From positions 320,001 to 384,000 of the forward strand of contig CAXXVS010000001.1 of the NCBI GenBank assembly GCA_963674755.2: DNA of 64,000 nucleotides, given 5' to 3'. Under the pieces are notes generated by a model that made no database searches, was not told where the DNA came from, and saw only the letters and a program-made list of their open reading frames with translations. This stretch comes from Desulfobacterales bacterium (GTDB lineage: Bacteria > Desulfobacterota > Desulfobacteria > Desulfobacterales > UBA5852). Below, piece after piece: positions 29,206-39,278 of the stretch. The position numbers and the translations under genes are program-made. Positions within the stretch are counted from its first letter, which is position 1. Every line of letters starts with the position of its first letter.

Positions 29206-30039
29206 ATGTGGGAGTATTCCGACAAGGTCAAAGAACATTTCCTCAAGCCGCGCAATGTGGGCGTCATCGAGGATCCGGATGGCGTGGGCGAAGTGGGCTC
29301 TCTCTCTTGCGGCGATGCCTTGACCCTCTATTTCAAGCTGGATGACGCGGGCCGCATCAGCGACGCCAAGTTTCTGACCTTCGGATGTGCCAGCGCGATT
29401 GCCTCTTCGTCGGCCCTGACCGAAATGATCATCGGCAAGACCTTGGAGGAGGCCGAAAAGATCACCAACGAAGACATTGCCGCCTATCTGGGAGAGCTTC
29501 CCAAGGAGAAAATGCATTGCTCGGTCATGGGCAAGGAAGCCCTTGAAAAGGCCATTGCCCATTACCGCGGGGAAACGATCAAAGCGGTGGACGGCAAAAT
29601 CGTCTGCGAGTGTTTCGGCATAACGGACCGCGAAATCGAAAAGACCATCCGGGAGCACCGCCTGACCTCCATCGAGGATGTAACCGGCTACCTCAAGGCC
29701 GGCGGGGGGTGCGGCAAGTGCCACGAAGATATCCAGGCCATCATGGACCGGGTTTTCGGCCAGCCGGTCCACATACGCTCCGCTCCCCAAAAAGCCCTGA
29801 CCAACATCCAGAAGATCCGCCTGATCGAAGATACCCTGGAGCGGGAAATCAAACCGGCCCTGCGCCAGGACGGTGGTGACATCGAACTGGTGGATGTGGA
29901 CGGCGTACGGGTCATGGTCCGCCTGCGCGGGACCTGCGCCGGCTGCCAGGCCTCCCAGACCACCCTCAAGCATGTCGTCGAGGCCAAATTGCGGGAGCTT
30001 GTGACCCAGGACCTGGTTGTGGAGGAGGTGCTGCCATGA
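29206..30039 (+). CDS. nifU: Fe-S cluster assembly scaffold NifU
   Basis: SCGD, FGCASAIAS, KMHCS, CECFG..GGGCGKC, C-terminal CAGC Nfu domain; AGGAGG RBS. Confidence 0.95.
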   Translation: MWEYSDKVKEHFLKPRNVGVIEDPDGVGEVGSLSCGDALTLYFKLDDAGRISDAKFLTFGCASAIASSSALTEMIIGKTLEEAEKITNEDIAAYLGELPKEKMHCSVMGKEALEKAIAHYRGETIKAVDGKIVCECFGITDREIEKTIREHRLTSIEDVTGYLKAGGGCGKCHEDIQAIMDRVFGQPVHIRSAPQKALTNIQKIRLIEDTLEREIKPALRQDGGDIELVDVDGVRVMVRLRGTCAGCQASQTTLKHVVEAKLRELVTQDLVVEEVLP

Positions 30040-31223
30040 AAACGATCTATGTGGACAACAACGCCACGACCCGCACCGCCCCCGAGGTGGTGGAGGCCAT
30101 GCTGCCGTATTTTAGCGAGCGTTACGGCAATGCTTCCAGCATGCACAGCTTCGGCGGCGGGCTGATTGTCGATATCCGCCGGGCCCGCAGTCAGGTGGCG
30201 GCCCTGATCGGTGCCCGACCCGAGGAGATCCTGTTTACCAGCGGCGGCACGGAAAGCGATTTCACGGCCATCCACGCCGCGCTCGAATCCCAGCCCGACA
30301 AGCGCCATATCGTCACCACCCGGGTGGAGCACCCGGCCATCAAAAATCTATTTGAACAATACGGCAAGCACGGCTACCGGGTGACCGTCGTCCCGGTGGA
30401 CGGGCAGGGGCGCCTCGACCAGGATGCGCTGCTGGAGAGCCTGGACGACGATACGGCCGTGGTCAGCATCATGTGGGCCAACAACGAAACCGGAGTGATC
30501 AATCCCATCGCAGCCCTGGGGCAGGAGATTCGTGCGCGGGGCATCGTTTTCCATACCGATGCGGTGCAGGCCGCGGGCAAAATTCCCATCGACGTGGAGG
30601 CCAGCGGTATCGACATGCTTTCCATGTCGGGCCACAAATTTCACGGCCCCAAGGGCGTCGGCGCGCTTTACATCCGCCGGGGGACCAAGTTCAAACCCCT
30701 GGTGGTGGGCGGCCACCAGGAAAAAGGCCGGCGGGCCGGAACGGAGAACGTTCCCGGCATCGTCGGCATGGGGAAGGCCGCGGAAATGGCCGGGACCCAT
30801 CTGGAAGACCTGGGGACCCGCGTGCGGCAGCTGCGCGACAGGCTGGAAGAGGCCCTGCTGGAAGCCGTACCGCGGGCCATGGTCAACGGGGGCCGGGCCG
30901 AGCGGCTGCCCAATACCGCCAGCATCGCGTTCGAATTCGTGGAGGGCGAGGCGATTTTGCTGATGATGAACGAGGTGGGCATCTGCGCCTCTTCCGGCTC
31001 GGCCTGCACGTCCGGCTCCCTGGAGCCGTCCCACGTGCTGCGGGCCATGGGCGTGCCCTTTACGGCGGCCCACGGGTCCATCCGATTCAGTTTGAGCCAC
31101 TACACCACGGAAGACGAGATCAATTTTATCATCGACAAGATGCCGGCCATTATCGCCCGCCTGCGGGAGATGTCGCCTTTTTGGAAGAAGGCGGTCGAGG
31201 GGGCCGCGGGTGTCCATCCATGA
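30036..31223 (+). CDS. nifS: Cysteine desulfurase
   Basis: YVDNNATT, SGHKFHGPKG, SSGSACTS; ATGA coupling to nifU. Confidence 0.95.
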   Translation: MKTIYVDNNATTRTAPEVVEAMLPYFSERYGNASSMHSFGGGLIVDIRRARSQVAALIGARPEEILFTSGGTESDFTAIHAALESQPDKRHIVTTRVEHPAIKNLFEQYGKHGYRVTVVPVDGQGRLDQDALLESLDDDTAVVSIMWANNETGVINPIAALGQEIRARGIVFHTDAVQAAGKIPIDVEASGIDMLSMSGHKFHGPKGVGALYIRRGTKFKPLVVGGHQEKGRRAGTENVPGIVGMGKAAEMAGTHLEDLGTRVRQLRDRLEEALLEAVPRAMVNGGRAERLPNTASIAFEFVEGEAILLMMNEVGICASSGSACTSGSLEPSHVLRAMGVPFTAAHGSIRFSLSHYTTEDEINFIIDKMPAIIARLREMSPFWKKAVEGAAGVHP

Positions 31224-31776
31224 ATGGCATCTTTTGGCCCCGGCCGGCGTTCTCGGTCATTGGAAATCCTCGCCGTAGCCCAGCTACGCCTCCGGTTCCC
31301 AATTCCCTGCGGCCTTGGCCGGAACCAAAATCTACCACCCCTGGATAGACACTATGGCATCTTTCGGTCCCTGGCCCGCCGCCGGTGGACCAAATCCACC
31401 TTTGGCGGACAAGCTGGCGTTCTCGCCTCCTGTCGGTCCTCGGCGTAGCGGGCTACGCCTGTGGGCGCCAGTCGGCTGCGGCCTTGCCAGGAACCAAAAT
31501 CTACCATTTCTGGACGAACACCGATGATTGCCCGTCCCTCAATGGCATCTTTCGGAGAGTCCCTATCTGTTCGCCTCCTGTCGGTTCTCGGCGTAGCCGG
31601 GCTACGCCTGTGGGCACCCGCCGTTGAAGAATCAATCCGATGGGAAGTCCCGCTCGGCCGGACGCCCGTCGTCGTCGGTTTGTTGAACACCGATCGATGT
31701 GCTCAAATATCAGACGTGAAATCCCGCGCTGCACGGCGGGACCAGGAAGCGAAATCTGCCATTTCTGGGTAGGCAC
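31210..31776 (+). repeat. Three tandem MITE-like copies (5-7)
   Basis: Units at 31210-31354, 31355-31521 and about 31528-31776, each with ATGGCATCTTT start, CTCGxCGTAGC-GCTACGCCT core and AAATCTxCCA...CAC end. Confidence 0.9.
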
Positions 31777-31894
31777 GATTTAAGCGCCGGCGCCGCATTC
31801 TACACCGAGTGACCTATACGGTGTCTTTTCCCGGCCCGGGCGTAGGGCTGCCCGGCCGTTGGCGAACCGAGCCTGCCCTGGGTGGGGCACCGCC

Positions 31895-32773
31895 CTACCG
31901 GTCGTTGCTGAAAACGCGGAATTTCTTGTTGTAGGCCACCGGGTTATACGAGAGTTTGGCCTTGCGCAGGCCTTCATCGCCCAAATCCTGCTCGCGGTTG
32001 ACCAGGCGGAAGCGCCCCTCCAGGCTTTCCAGAAACATCTGGTTGATGGCCTGGTAGATGCCCTTGTGGGCCGGGCAGCCCTTTTCAAAATGGATTACCA
32101 CGGTTTCCTCATCCAGCGGTTCGGCGATGGTGTAGGCGACAATGATCTCCTCCACCATGATGACCCCGCCCAGCAATTCCGGGAAGGCGTTCCAGTGGAC
32201 CAATACCCGCTGAATGGCGCGGTTTTCGGCGGAGAGCACCTCCGACCCCTCGCAGTCTCGCCAGGTACACCAGTCATCCTGCAGGGCCAGGGCTTCATCG
32301 ATCATGGCGTCTGAAAAAGGTACGAAGCGGTAGTCGTTTTGCTTTTTAAACTGGTTGAGCAGGTTTTTCTTCTTGTGAAACCGGTTGCCGCTCAAGGTCA
32401 CCAATTCCCCCACATCATAGATATAGTCCCAATTGTCCCGGTCTTCCTCGAAGCGCAGGGCCTCGCCGGTCTGCGCACGCCAGAGGTCGGCCAGCGCTTC
32501 GGGTACGCGCTTGAAGCCCGGTGAAAAATCATGCCCGGCCAATACGCCGGGCCAGTCGATGCGGTCCCAGGGGCCGACCGGCGCCCAGTAGACCGGTTGG
32601 GGGTCCTTCTGCCGCAGCCATACCAGATCGTTGCTGAAGGCCCACTCCAAGCCGTATTCCCGGGCCCAGCCCCAGATATTGGCGAAACTGTAGTCCGAGG
32701 TCGCCTGGGGGGTCAGCCTGAGATGGTGTTGATAGTCTTCGGCCCTTTCAGTTTGAATGGGTGTGAAATCCAA
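31895..32773 (-). CDS. DUF2156 / LPG-synthase C-terminal-like protein
   Basis: DYIY..LSGNRFHKKKN, HFEKG, NREQDLGDEGLRKAKLSY. Confidence 0.85.
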   Translation of the reverse strand: MDFTPIQTERAEDYQHHLRLTPQATSDYSFANIWGWAREYGLEWAFSNDLVWLRQKDPQPVYWAPVGPWDRIDWPGVLAGHDFSPGFKRVPEALADLWRAQTGEALRFEEDRDNWDYIYDVGELVTLSGNRFHKKKNLLNQFKKQNDYRFVPFSDAMIDEALALQDDWCTWRDCEGSEVLSAENRAIQRVLVHWNAFPELLGGVIMVEEIIVAYTIAEPLDEETVVIHFEKGCPAHKGIYQAINQMFLESLEGRFRLVNREQDLGDEGLRKAKLSYNPVAYNKKFRVFSNDR

Positions 32774-32840
32774 GCGTGTAATCCTTTCATTTGGTTTGGT
32801 GATTCATCGCACGGGGCGAAGGATTCGTAGAGGCGGTGTA

Positions 32841-33434
32841 TCAGGCGGTGCCCTTCAGAGAAGCGGCCAGCGCTTGTCCCGCCGTGTAAGACTCCTGGAG
32901 ATAGTCCGGGTGTTCGAGAACATCCTCCTCAAAATCCAGCCCGCGGTAGAGAAGTGATTTCCAAAGGGTCGTATCGATGACATCGAAGAAATAGCGGACG
33001 GTCAGCAGGGCGCCGTCAAAGAGCTTTTTGCCATGGGTGGCGCCGACGGAAATAAACATCCCCTGGCGCTTCGATACCCATTGCCCTTTGGGCAGGTCGT
33101 CAATCCAGTATTTCTTGACCCATAGGGACTGGCAGCGGTCCATAAAGATCTTGGTGTGGGCGCTGACCGTGTAGAAGAAAATCGGGGAGGCCAGCATGAT
33201 GCCGTCGGAGGCCAGGATGCTGTCCCGGATTTTTTGGAAGCCATCCTGGATGACGCATTCGCCGATTTCGGTGCAGCCGTAGATTTCCATGCAGGGGGTG
33301 ATTTTGAGGTCCCGCAGGACGATTTCGGTCACGGTGGCGCCCTGGTCGCGGGCGCCGGCCACGGCCTGCTGGAGAAGGCGGCTGGTGTTGCCCTGTCGTC
33401 GCGGGCTTCCGTAAATAGCGGTGATCAGTGTCAT
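32841..33434 (-). CDS. Flavodoxin-like NADPH-dependent FMN reductase / iron-sulfur flavoprotein family
   Basis: GSPRRQGNT, PCMEIYGC..EC, ASPIFF, KIFMDR. Confidence 0.88.
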   Translation of the reverse strand: MTLITAIYGSPRRQGNTSRLLQQAVAGARDQGATVTEIVLRDLKITPCMEIYGCTEIGECVIQDGFQKIRDSILASDGIMLASPIFFYTVSAHTKIFMDRCQSLWVKKYWIDDLPKGQWVSKRQGMFISVGATHGKKLFDGALLTVRYFFDVIDTTLWKSLLYRGLDFEEDVLEHPDYLQESYTAGQALAASLKGTA

Positions 33435-33449
33435 GGCATATGCGGTTTT

Positions 33450-34238
33450 TTAAGCGGCTTCGACCGGCAAGGCCAACCGGATGCCCACCGGGCAGTGGTC
33501 GGACCCGAAAATATCATTGTCGATGAAGGCTTCGGTGATCTCCTGGTTTTCAATGAGGTTGCGGGTGGCAAAGAAATAATCGATCCGCCAACCGGCATTG
33601 CGTTCCCGGGCCTTGAAACGATAGGTCCACCATGAATATTTTTCAACCCCGGGGTAAAAGTAGCGGAACGTATCCACATAGCCGTCGGCGATGATGCGGT
33701 CCAGCCAATCCCGTTCGATGCGCAAAAAGCCGGACCGGTCGGCATTGGCCCGGGGGTTTTTAAGATCGATGTCATTGTGGGCCGTGTTGTAGTCGCCGGT
33801 GATGATCACACGGCGCCCCTCGTCCTTGTATCGATTCGTATAGGCAAAAAAGGCCTCGTAGAAATCCAGCTTGTACTGCAGCCGTTCGGGGCTCATCTGG
33901 CCGTTGGGAAAATACACATTGAAAAAGACGAAGGTGCCGAAGTCCAGCTCCAGGATGCGGCCCTCATCGTCGAAGCGGGGCTGACCGATGCCGTAGCGCA
34001 CCGTGATAGGCTCACGGCGGGTGTAGACGCCCACCCCGCTATAGCCTTTTTTGGTGCTGGCATGGGACCAGTAGGCCTGATAGCCGGCCAACTCCCGCAT
34101 GGGCGCGGTCAACTGGTGCTCTTGCAGTTTGGTTTCCTGGAGGGCCAGAATGTCGGCGTCCAGACGGCGCACGGAGGCCTCAAAGTCTTTCTTCATGACG
34201 GCCCGCAGGCCGTTGACGTTCCACGATACAAGTTTCAA
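33450..34238 (-). CDS. xth: Exodeoxyribonuclease III
   Basis: SWNVNGLRA, LQETK, GDYNTAH, GWRIDY, GSDHCP; TTG start after GGAGG. Confidence 0.95.
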   Translation of the reverse strand: MKLVSWNVNGLRAVMKKDFEASVRRLDADILALQETKLQEHQLTAPMRELAGYQAYWSHASTKKGYSGVGVYTRREPITVRYGIGQPRFDDEGRILELDFGTFVFFNVYFPNGQMSPERLQYKLDFYEAFFAYTNRYKDEGRRVIITGDYNTAHNDIDLKNPRANADRSGFLRIERDWLDRIIADGYVDTFRYFYPGVEKYSWWTYRFKARERNAGWRIDYFFATRNLIENQEITEAFIDNDIFGSDHCPVGIRLALPVEAA

Positions 34239-34413
34239 GATTCGGTTATTCCTCCGGGGTTGCGGGGCCATTCGAAAATCGTTGGATGCGGCAGGGCCTT
34301 CTCCGGTGCGAACGCATTTGACAATCGCTGCCGGGGTGATCACCTATTAAAAATAAGCGCATGATCATAACGACCATGCAGACGGTAAACAGTTATGCGC
34401 TCGGAGCGCGCCC

Positions 34414-34815
34414 GTGATTGTTTTTGACGGTAAATACACCTGGAACGGCAATACCACCCAAAAGAGGCGTCCCATCAGCTGGTGGCGCAGCGCTTATCGT
34501 CTGCGGATTGTCGACATCGCCCACGATGCACCGGACGTCCTTTTCCTCAAGCCCTTTATCGTCTTCTTCAGCGATACGGGGGAGGGCGCTTCGGTGACGA
34601 ATTGTCTGCCCGATCTGGCCAAAAAAATATGTGAAGACTTCGGGCTCGATATGAACCGTGTGGCCTGGATCGAAGACCGTCCCGACCGGGAAGAGCGGTT
34701 CCGCGTGGCGGTATTTCAGCCGGTGGCCCGTCTCGGCCATGACCGTTTCTACCAGGTTGCCTGGCGGCCGGCCGCGCCGCGGGAACTGGATCTCATCAAA
34801 ACCCACTGCGCCTGA
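34414..34815 (+). CDS. Hypothetical protein
   Basis: Only plausible ORF in the gap; GGAG RBS, host-like codon usage. Confidence 0.65.
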   Translation: MIVFDGKYTWNGNTTQKRRPISWWRSAYRLRIVDIAHDAPDVLFLKPFIVFFSDTGEGASVTNCLPDLAKKICEDFGLDMNRVAWIEDRPDREERFRVAVFQPVARLGHDRFYQVAWRPAAPRELDLIKTHCA

Positions 34816-34881
34816 GGGCGTTTCCGCATCCCGGATCCAAGCGCGCCCGCTCTCCCACAGCGATCGCTGATGCGCTTCCCG

Positions 34882-35415
34882 CTAGGCCAGGAGGCGTTCC
34901 AGGAGCTGCTGCCATTCTGTCTGCCGGGCGTCGCGGGCGGCATCCCGCAGCGAACCAAAACAAGCCCTGACGATCATGGTCTTGGCTTTCGGGCTGGCCA
35001 GCTGGGCTTCGATGCTGCGAATATCCGCGATCATTTCCGACAGGGTTTCAAAGGGCAGACCGCGTTCGCCGAGGTCGGTCTTGAGACGGGTCAGCGTCCG
35101 CTCGACCACTTCGTATTGCGGCGGACTGAGGGGCGAGGCCGTGCCCAAACGGTCGGCGGCATGGCTTTCATCCGTTTCCGCCAGAAGGCTTGCGCCTTCT
35201 TCGCTCAGCCCGATGCCGCCGGACAGGGTGCGGATTTCAACCAGTCCCTTGGCGATCAGGTCTTCCGCGGCCCGTGCACTGTCTTCCCGGTCCAATCCGA
35301 CGGTTTCCCCCATGGTGTACATGGAAGCCTGGACGGCCGGATTTCCTTCCGTAAGGCGGATAAGTTCCTGAAAGAGCGCCTGGGCGGCTGTATCAAGATC
35401 CGGTGGATGGGTCAA
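34882..35415 (-). CDS. Hypothetical protein (possible winged-helix N-terminus)
   Basis: AAAGGGGA RBS; helical pattern ...AEDLIAKGLVEIRTLSGGIGLSEEG. Confidence 0.7.
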   Translation of the reverse strand: MTHPPDLDTAAQALFQELIRLTEGNPAVQASMYTMGETVGLDREDSARAAEDLIAKGLVEIRTLSGGIGLSEEGASLLAETDESHAADRLGTASPLSPPQYEVVERTLTRLKTDLGERGLPFETLSEMIADIRSIEAQLASPKAKTMIVRACFGSLRDAARDARQTEWQQLLERLLA

Positions 35416-35692
35416 TCCAGTCCCCTTTGTCGTGGTTAAAGGTTATCGGGCGTTCAGGCCGGCCGCCACCCGTTCGTCGCAGAAGGGTTTCGATCGGCCG
35501 CGGGCCGCCATCCATTGTCTGGATGGACCCGGCCATGCCGGACGGGAGATGGTCCCGCGCCCTCATTCGTTAGCGCATCAGTGTCAAGGGTAACCACATA
35601 TGGGCGGGAGGCAACCCGGCCGGCTCCAACGGTCTGGCCGCCGCCCCGGGCCGCGGAAGGGCGGGGCGGCGCAACATCATCTCGGTTGCGGG

Positions 35693-36100
35693 CTATTCGG
35701 GATCTTTTTCGGCCTGGCATGCCGGGCAGATGCCGACGAATTCCAACTGGTGACTCAGGATGCGGAATTCGGTTTTGGCCTGAAGGGCGCGTTCCAGGGA
35801 ATCGATCACCTCGATGGGCGCATCCACCAGACGGTCGCAGTGCAGGCAGCGCATGTGATAATGATTGTGGGGGATGCCGTCGAAGCGCTTCAGGCTGCCG
35901 GCCAAACCGATCATCTGGATTTCACCCAGCTCGGTAAGGATTTCCAGATTGCGATAGACGGTTCCCAGGCTGATGCGGGGCAATTTGCGCTTCACCCGGC
36001 CGTAGAGATCGTCGGCACTGGGATGCTGGTCGGTGGCGCGCAATTCCTCCAGAATAACCTGGCGTTGGCGGGTCATGCGTAGGTTGCGTTCTTTCAGCAA
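35693..36100 (-). CDS. Fur-family regulator (PerR-like)
   Basis: MTRQRQVIL, HPSADDLY, SLGTVYRNL, RFD..HYHMRCLHC, CPAC; TTG start after GAGGAGG. Confidence 0.9.
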   Translation of the reverse strand: MLKERNLRMTRQRQVILEELRATDQHPSADDLYGRVKRKLPRISLGTVYRNLEILTELGEIQMIGLAGSLKRFDGIPHNHYHMRCLHCDRLVDAPIEVIDSLERALQAKTEFRILSHQLEFVGICPACQAEKDPE

Positions 36101-36149
36101 AAAGTTCGGCCTCCTCGTAAACAGGCGCTGCGGTTTCCGAAACGCTGGA

Positions 36150-37331
36150 TCAGCGGTCATCCATGGGCACAAAGCTGCATTCATCCGGGCCGCAGTAGTC
36201 GCCGATATAGTCGGACTTGGGGCGGTACAAGGCCGGTTTCGGGGCGGCATCGGCATATTGCTCTTCGATGACGTGGGCGCTCCAGCCGGCCACCCGCGAC
36301 ATGGCAAAGAGCGGCGAGAACAGATCGATGGGAATGCCCATGGCATAGTACAGGGAGGCACTGTAGAAATCGACATTGACATAGATGTCGATGCCTTTGC
36401 GTTCCTTGAAGATCGCCTTGCCGCGCTTTTCCAGGACGCGTGAAATTTCATACCACTGGGGCTGGCCGGTGCGCTCGCCCATTTTTTTGGACATGGGGGC
36501 CAGGATGTGGGCCCGGGGGTCGTCGGTCTGATAAACGGCATGGCCCAGGCCGAAAATCACGCGTCCGGCTTCCAGCTCGCCCTTGACATAGGCATCCACA
36601 TTTTCCACGGAACCGATTTTGAGCAGCATCTCCATGACGCGCACATTGGCGCCGCCGTGCAGCTCGCCCGAAAGGGAGCCCACCGCGGCCGCCACCGCGC
36701 TGTAAATATGGGCACGGGTCGATGCCACCTGACGGGCGGAAAAAGTGGAGGCATTGAACGAATGCTCGGCATGGAGCACCAGGGCGGTATCGAAGAAGCG
36801 CGTCAGTTCCGCGTCCGGTTTTTCATCATTGAGCATGTAGAGAAAATTGGCGGCATGATCCAGGTCCGGGTCCGGCGATACGGGCGCTTGGCCGTTGCGG
36901 ATCCGGTTCCAGGCGGCAATGATCGTCGGGAATTTGGCAATCAGACGGCCGGCTTTGCGGAGGCTGGCTTCGCGGTTGCGATCGTTCAGGTCGGGATCGC
37001 CGACGGCCATCAGGGAAACGACCCCCTGCAGGATATCCATGGGGTTGGTCTCGGGCGCGCAGCATTTCAGAACGTTTAGAACGGATTCCGGCAGCGCGCG
37101 GTTGGCTGCCAGAAAGGCCTTGAAGGACGAAAGCTCCCGGGTCGAGGGCAGATGCTCGTAAAGCAGCAGATGGGCGACTTCTTCGTAGCTGGCGTTTTCG
37201 GCCAGGTCCTTGACCAGATAGCCTCGGTAGATGAGCTTGCCGGCCGCACCATCCACACGGCTGATCTTGGTGCTGGCCACGGTAACGCCTCGTAGTCCGG
37301 TATTGACCGTTGGGGTGCATTCTTCCATCAT
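36150..37331 (-). CDS. gltA: Citrate / 2-methylcitrate synthase
   Basis: GKLIYRGY, HAEHSFNASTF, LHGGAN, GLGHAVY..DPR, NVDFY. Confidence 0.9.
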   Translation of the reverse strand: MMEECTPTVNTGLRGVTVASTKISRVDGAAGKLIYRGYLVKDLAENASYEEVAHLLLYEHLPSTRELSSFKAFLAANRALPESVLNVLKCCAPETNPMDILQGVVSLMAVGDPDLNDRNREASLRKAGRLIAKFPTIIAAWNRIRNGQAPVSPDPDLDHAANFLYMLNDEKPDAELTRFFDTALVLHAEHSFNASTFSARQVASTRAHIYSAVAAAVGSLSGELHGGANVRVMEMLLKIGSVENVDAYVKGELEAGRVIFGLGHAVYQTDDPRAHILAPMSKKMGERTGQPQWYEISRVLEKRGKAIFKERKGIDIYVNVDFYSASLYYAMGIPIDLFSPLFAMSRVAGWSAHVIEEQYADAAPKPALYRPKSDYIGDYCGPDECSFVPMDDR

Positions 37332-37580
37332 ATCGATCTCCCTTGGCATCTGGTTTTGGCCGGAAATAGCTAAAACGGCTGGTGAACAAGCGTGCTACAT
37401 ACGGACATCCTACCGAATCTCTTTGATATATTTGCTGTAAGATGGAAGTTGCGCGGTGAAAAGTCAAGTCCGAAATTTTCTGTCAACAGCCATGCCACGC
37501 CCCCGGCCGGGGGGGCGCGATCAAGCATCACGGGTTGCGATGCAGCTTCGGGGCAATCGTTTCATCTGTCGGACAGGGTT

Positions 37581-37916
37581 TCAGAAACCGATCTTTTCCG
37601 GCGGGCGGCGCTCGGGAACGAATTCATGGGGGATCGTGCCCTCGTTCCAGGCTTTGGATACATAGAGATTGCAGTAGCAACTGCCGTACTCGGCCACGTC
37701 CGGTTCCCGGTAGACACAGGGGCAGATGATGTCCCTGTCATTTTCCTTGTCGCCGGAAGCCAGACGGCAGGGGCAGGCCATGTAGCCGTAGCGCTCCTTG
37801 TTTTGCAAGAGGGCTTCCAGCAGTTCCATGGTGCGATCCCGATCGGCGTTGAAGTAATAGCCCTTGGCCGCTTGCGTCTTCTCCAGCATTTCGTAGAGTT
37901 TTACGGCATCCATCAC
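37581..37916 (-). CDS. Ferredoxin-thioredoxin reductase catalytic-subunit-like protein
   Basis: CPC-x16-CPC-x13-CYC motifs. Confidence 0.9.
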   Translation of the reverse strand: MMDAVKLYEMLEKTQAAKGYYFNADRDRTMELLEALLQNKERYGYMACPCRLASGDKENDRDIICPCVYREPDVAEYGSCYCNLYVSKAWNEGTIPHEFVPERRPPEKIGF

Positions 37917-38167
37917 AGGCCCAGCGCCTCCTTGATTTCTTTTTCCTTATAGCCGACGATGGTCTTGTCGCCGATGATGATGGTGGGAAACGAACAGCGC
38001 TCATTGACGGCTTTGACTTCTTCGATCATGGCCTTGCGCTCCTCGCCCTGGAGCAGGTCGACGTCGACGAATTCAAACTGAATGGTGCACTCGTCGAGCA
38101 GTTTTTTGGTGGCTTTGCAGTGGCTGCAGGTGCTTAAAGAATAGACTTTGACTGGTTTGTCGGTCAT
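37913..38167 (-). CDS. Glutaredoxin (NrdH-like)
   Basis: CSHC active site, SFPTI, IVGY; stop overlaps the FTR start. Confidence 0.9.
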   Translation of the reverse strand: MTDKPVKVYSLSTCSHCKATKKLLDECTIQFEFVDVDLLQGEERKAMIEEVKAVNERCSFPTIIIGDKTIVGYKEKEIKEALGL

Positions 38168-39071
38168 ATTGGCACATCCTTTCGCTGGGAGAGAAGGCAA
38201 CCGCAGGGTGTGGCGGGTCTTGGCCGGCCCGCATGCGTTTCGTGCATAGTATAATCACGGTGGTCTTTCAATCCCAAATTCCCCCTATTTTTCATCCCCA
38301 TACCCCCCATCCGTCAATCAGGACAAAGGCTTGTGGGCGGCTACGGTGCCGACGGCCTCTCCCACTAGGGCGAACAGTTCAGATGTGGCGGTTAGGGGGG
38401 CGCGGCAGCTTCGATTGATGCAGACATCGGCGGCGGGCCGGCCTCCGGGGGGGCGTCGCTTTTTCCGCGGCTTATTCCCGTGCGCCGGAATCCTAAGCGC
38501 TAACCCGGGATCCGTTCCAGCGCCCGATTCGCCCTAATGTCTCGTACTTCTCGTGAGACAGTATTGTATTATCAAGACAATTGGAGCCATTTGCCGCTTG
38601 ACACGGTCCAGGCAACCCGTTAATCTACATAAGAATAATTATCATTAGTGGTAAAGGGGCGATTTTGGGAAATCACTTGCAAGCGACCAGAAAAGACCTG
38701 CCCCATGGCGCCCCCGGCGAAAGCCGGCCCAACATGTGAATTTGGAGGTTGTTTTCAACGCCTTGGTCAGGGCATGGAAAGACAAGCCGCTGGTGGATTT
38801 AACCCAACATCTATTTGAAACATATTGATATTCTGCCAAAATGGATCCCGACGGGACCTGTCCTGGGGTGTATCAGGCCATTGTCTCACAAAACCGTCGG
38901 TCTTGAAGGCCGAAGCGTGTCTAACCAGCAAGCGCCCTCCAAGCCGGGCTGTGCCCAAATTGGTTGTTGACTTTGAATATGGTTTTAATTTAAGGGGTTG
39001 GAAGGCCTTTGGCCATCGAGCTGATTTCCTATTTCCCCTTGCATCACCTCGGCGTTGTCTGAATTCTCACT

Positions 39072-39087
39072 TGGTCTGAAATTTGCT
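39072..39087 (+). promoter_or_regulatory. Probable sigma54 promoter of cooS
   Basis: TGGTCT-GAAAT-TTGCT (GG-N10-GC) about 190 bp upstream of the ATG. Confidence 0.55.
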
Positions 39088-39278
39088 TGGATATTCAGTT
39101 ATCGATGTCGTCGCATCCCCTCAAATGAGAATGACGGCTTTTTATGACGCGTTGTTCCCTGTCCGCAAAAAGTGCCGGAGTGGTGCTACAGGGAACATCT
39201 CTTTCAAATCTTGCCGATTGAAGATCAACTTTTACGATAAACCGGCAATTGCCACCCTGCTTCAGGAAAGGAGCCAAA

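Noticed and set aside
29206..31223. nifU/nifS as evidence of nitrogen fixation
   Set aside because: No nifHDK in the window; NifUS is the usual housekeeping Fe-S assembly system in many anaerobes
31210..31776. Tandem repeats as a CRISPR array
   Set aside because: Units are 145-250 bp and divergent, with no short constant repeat plus unique spacers and no cas genes; they match the dispersed MITE-like family
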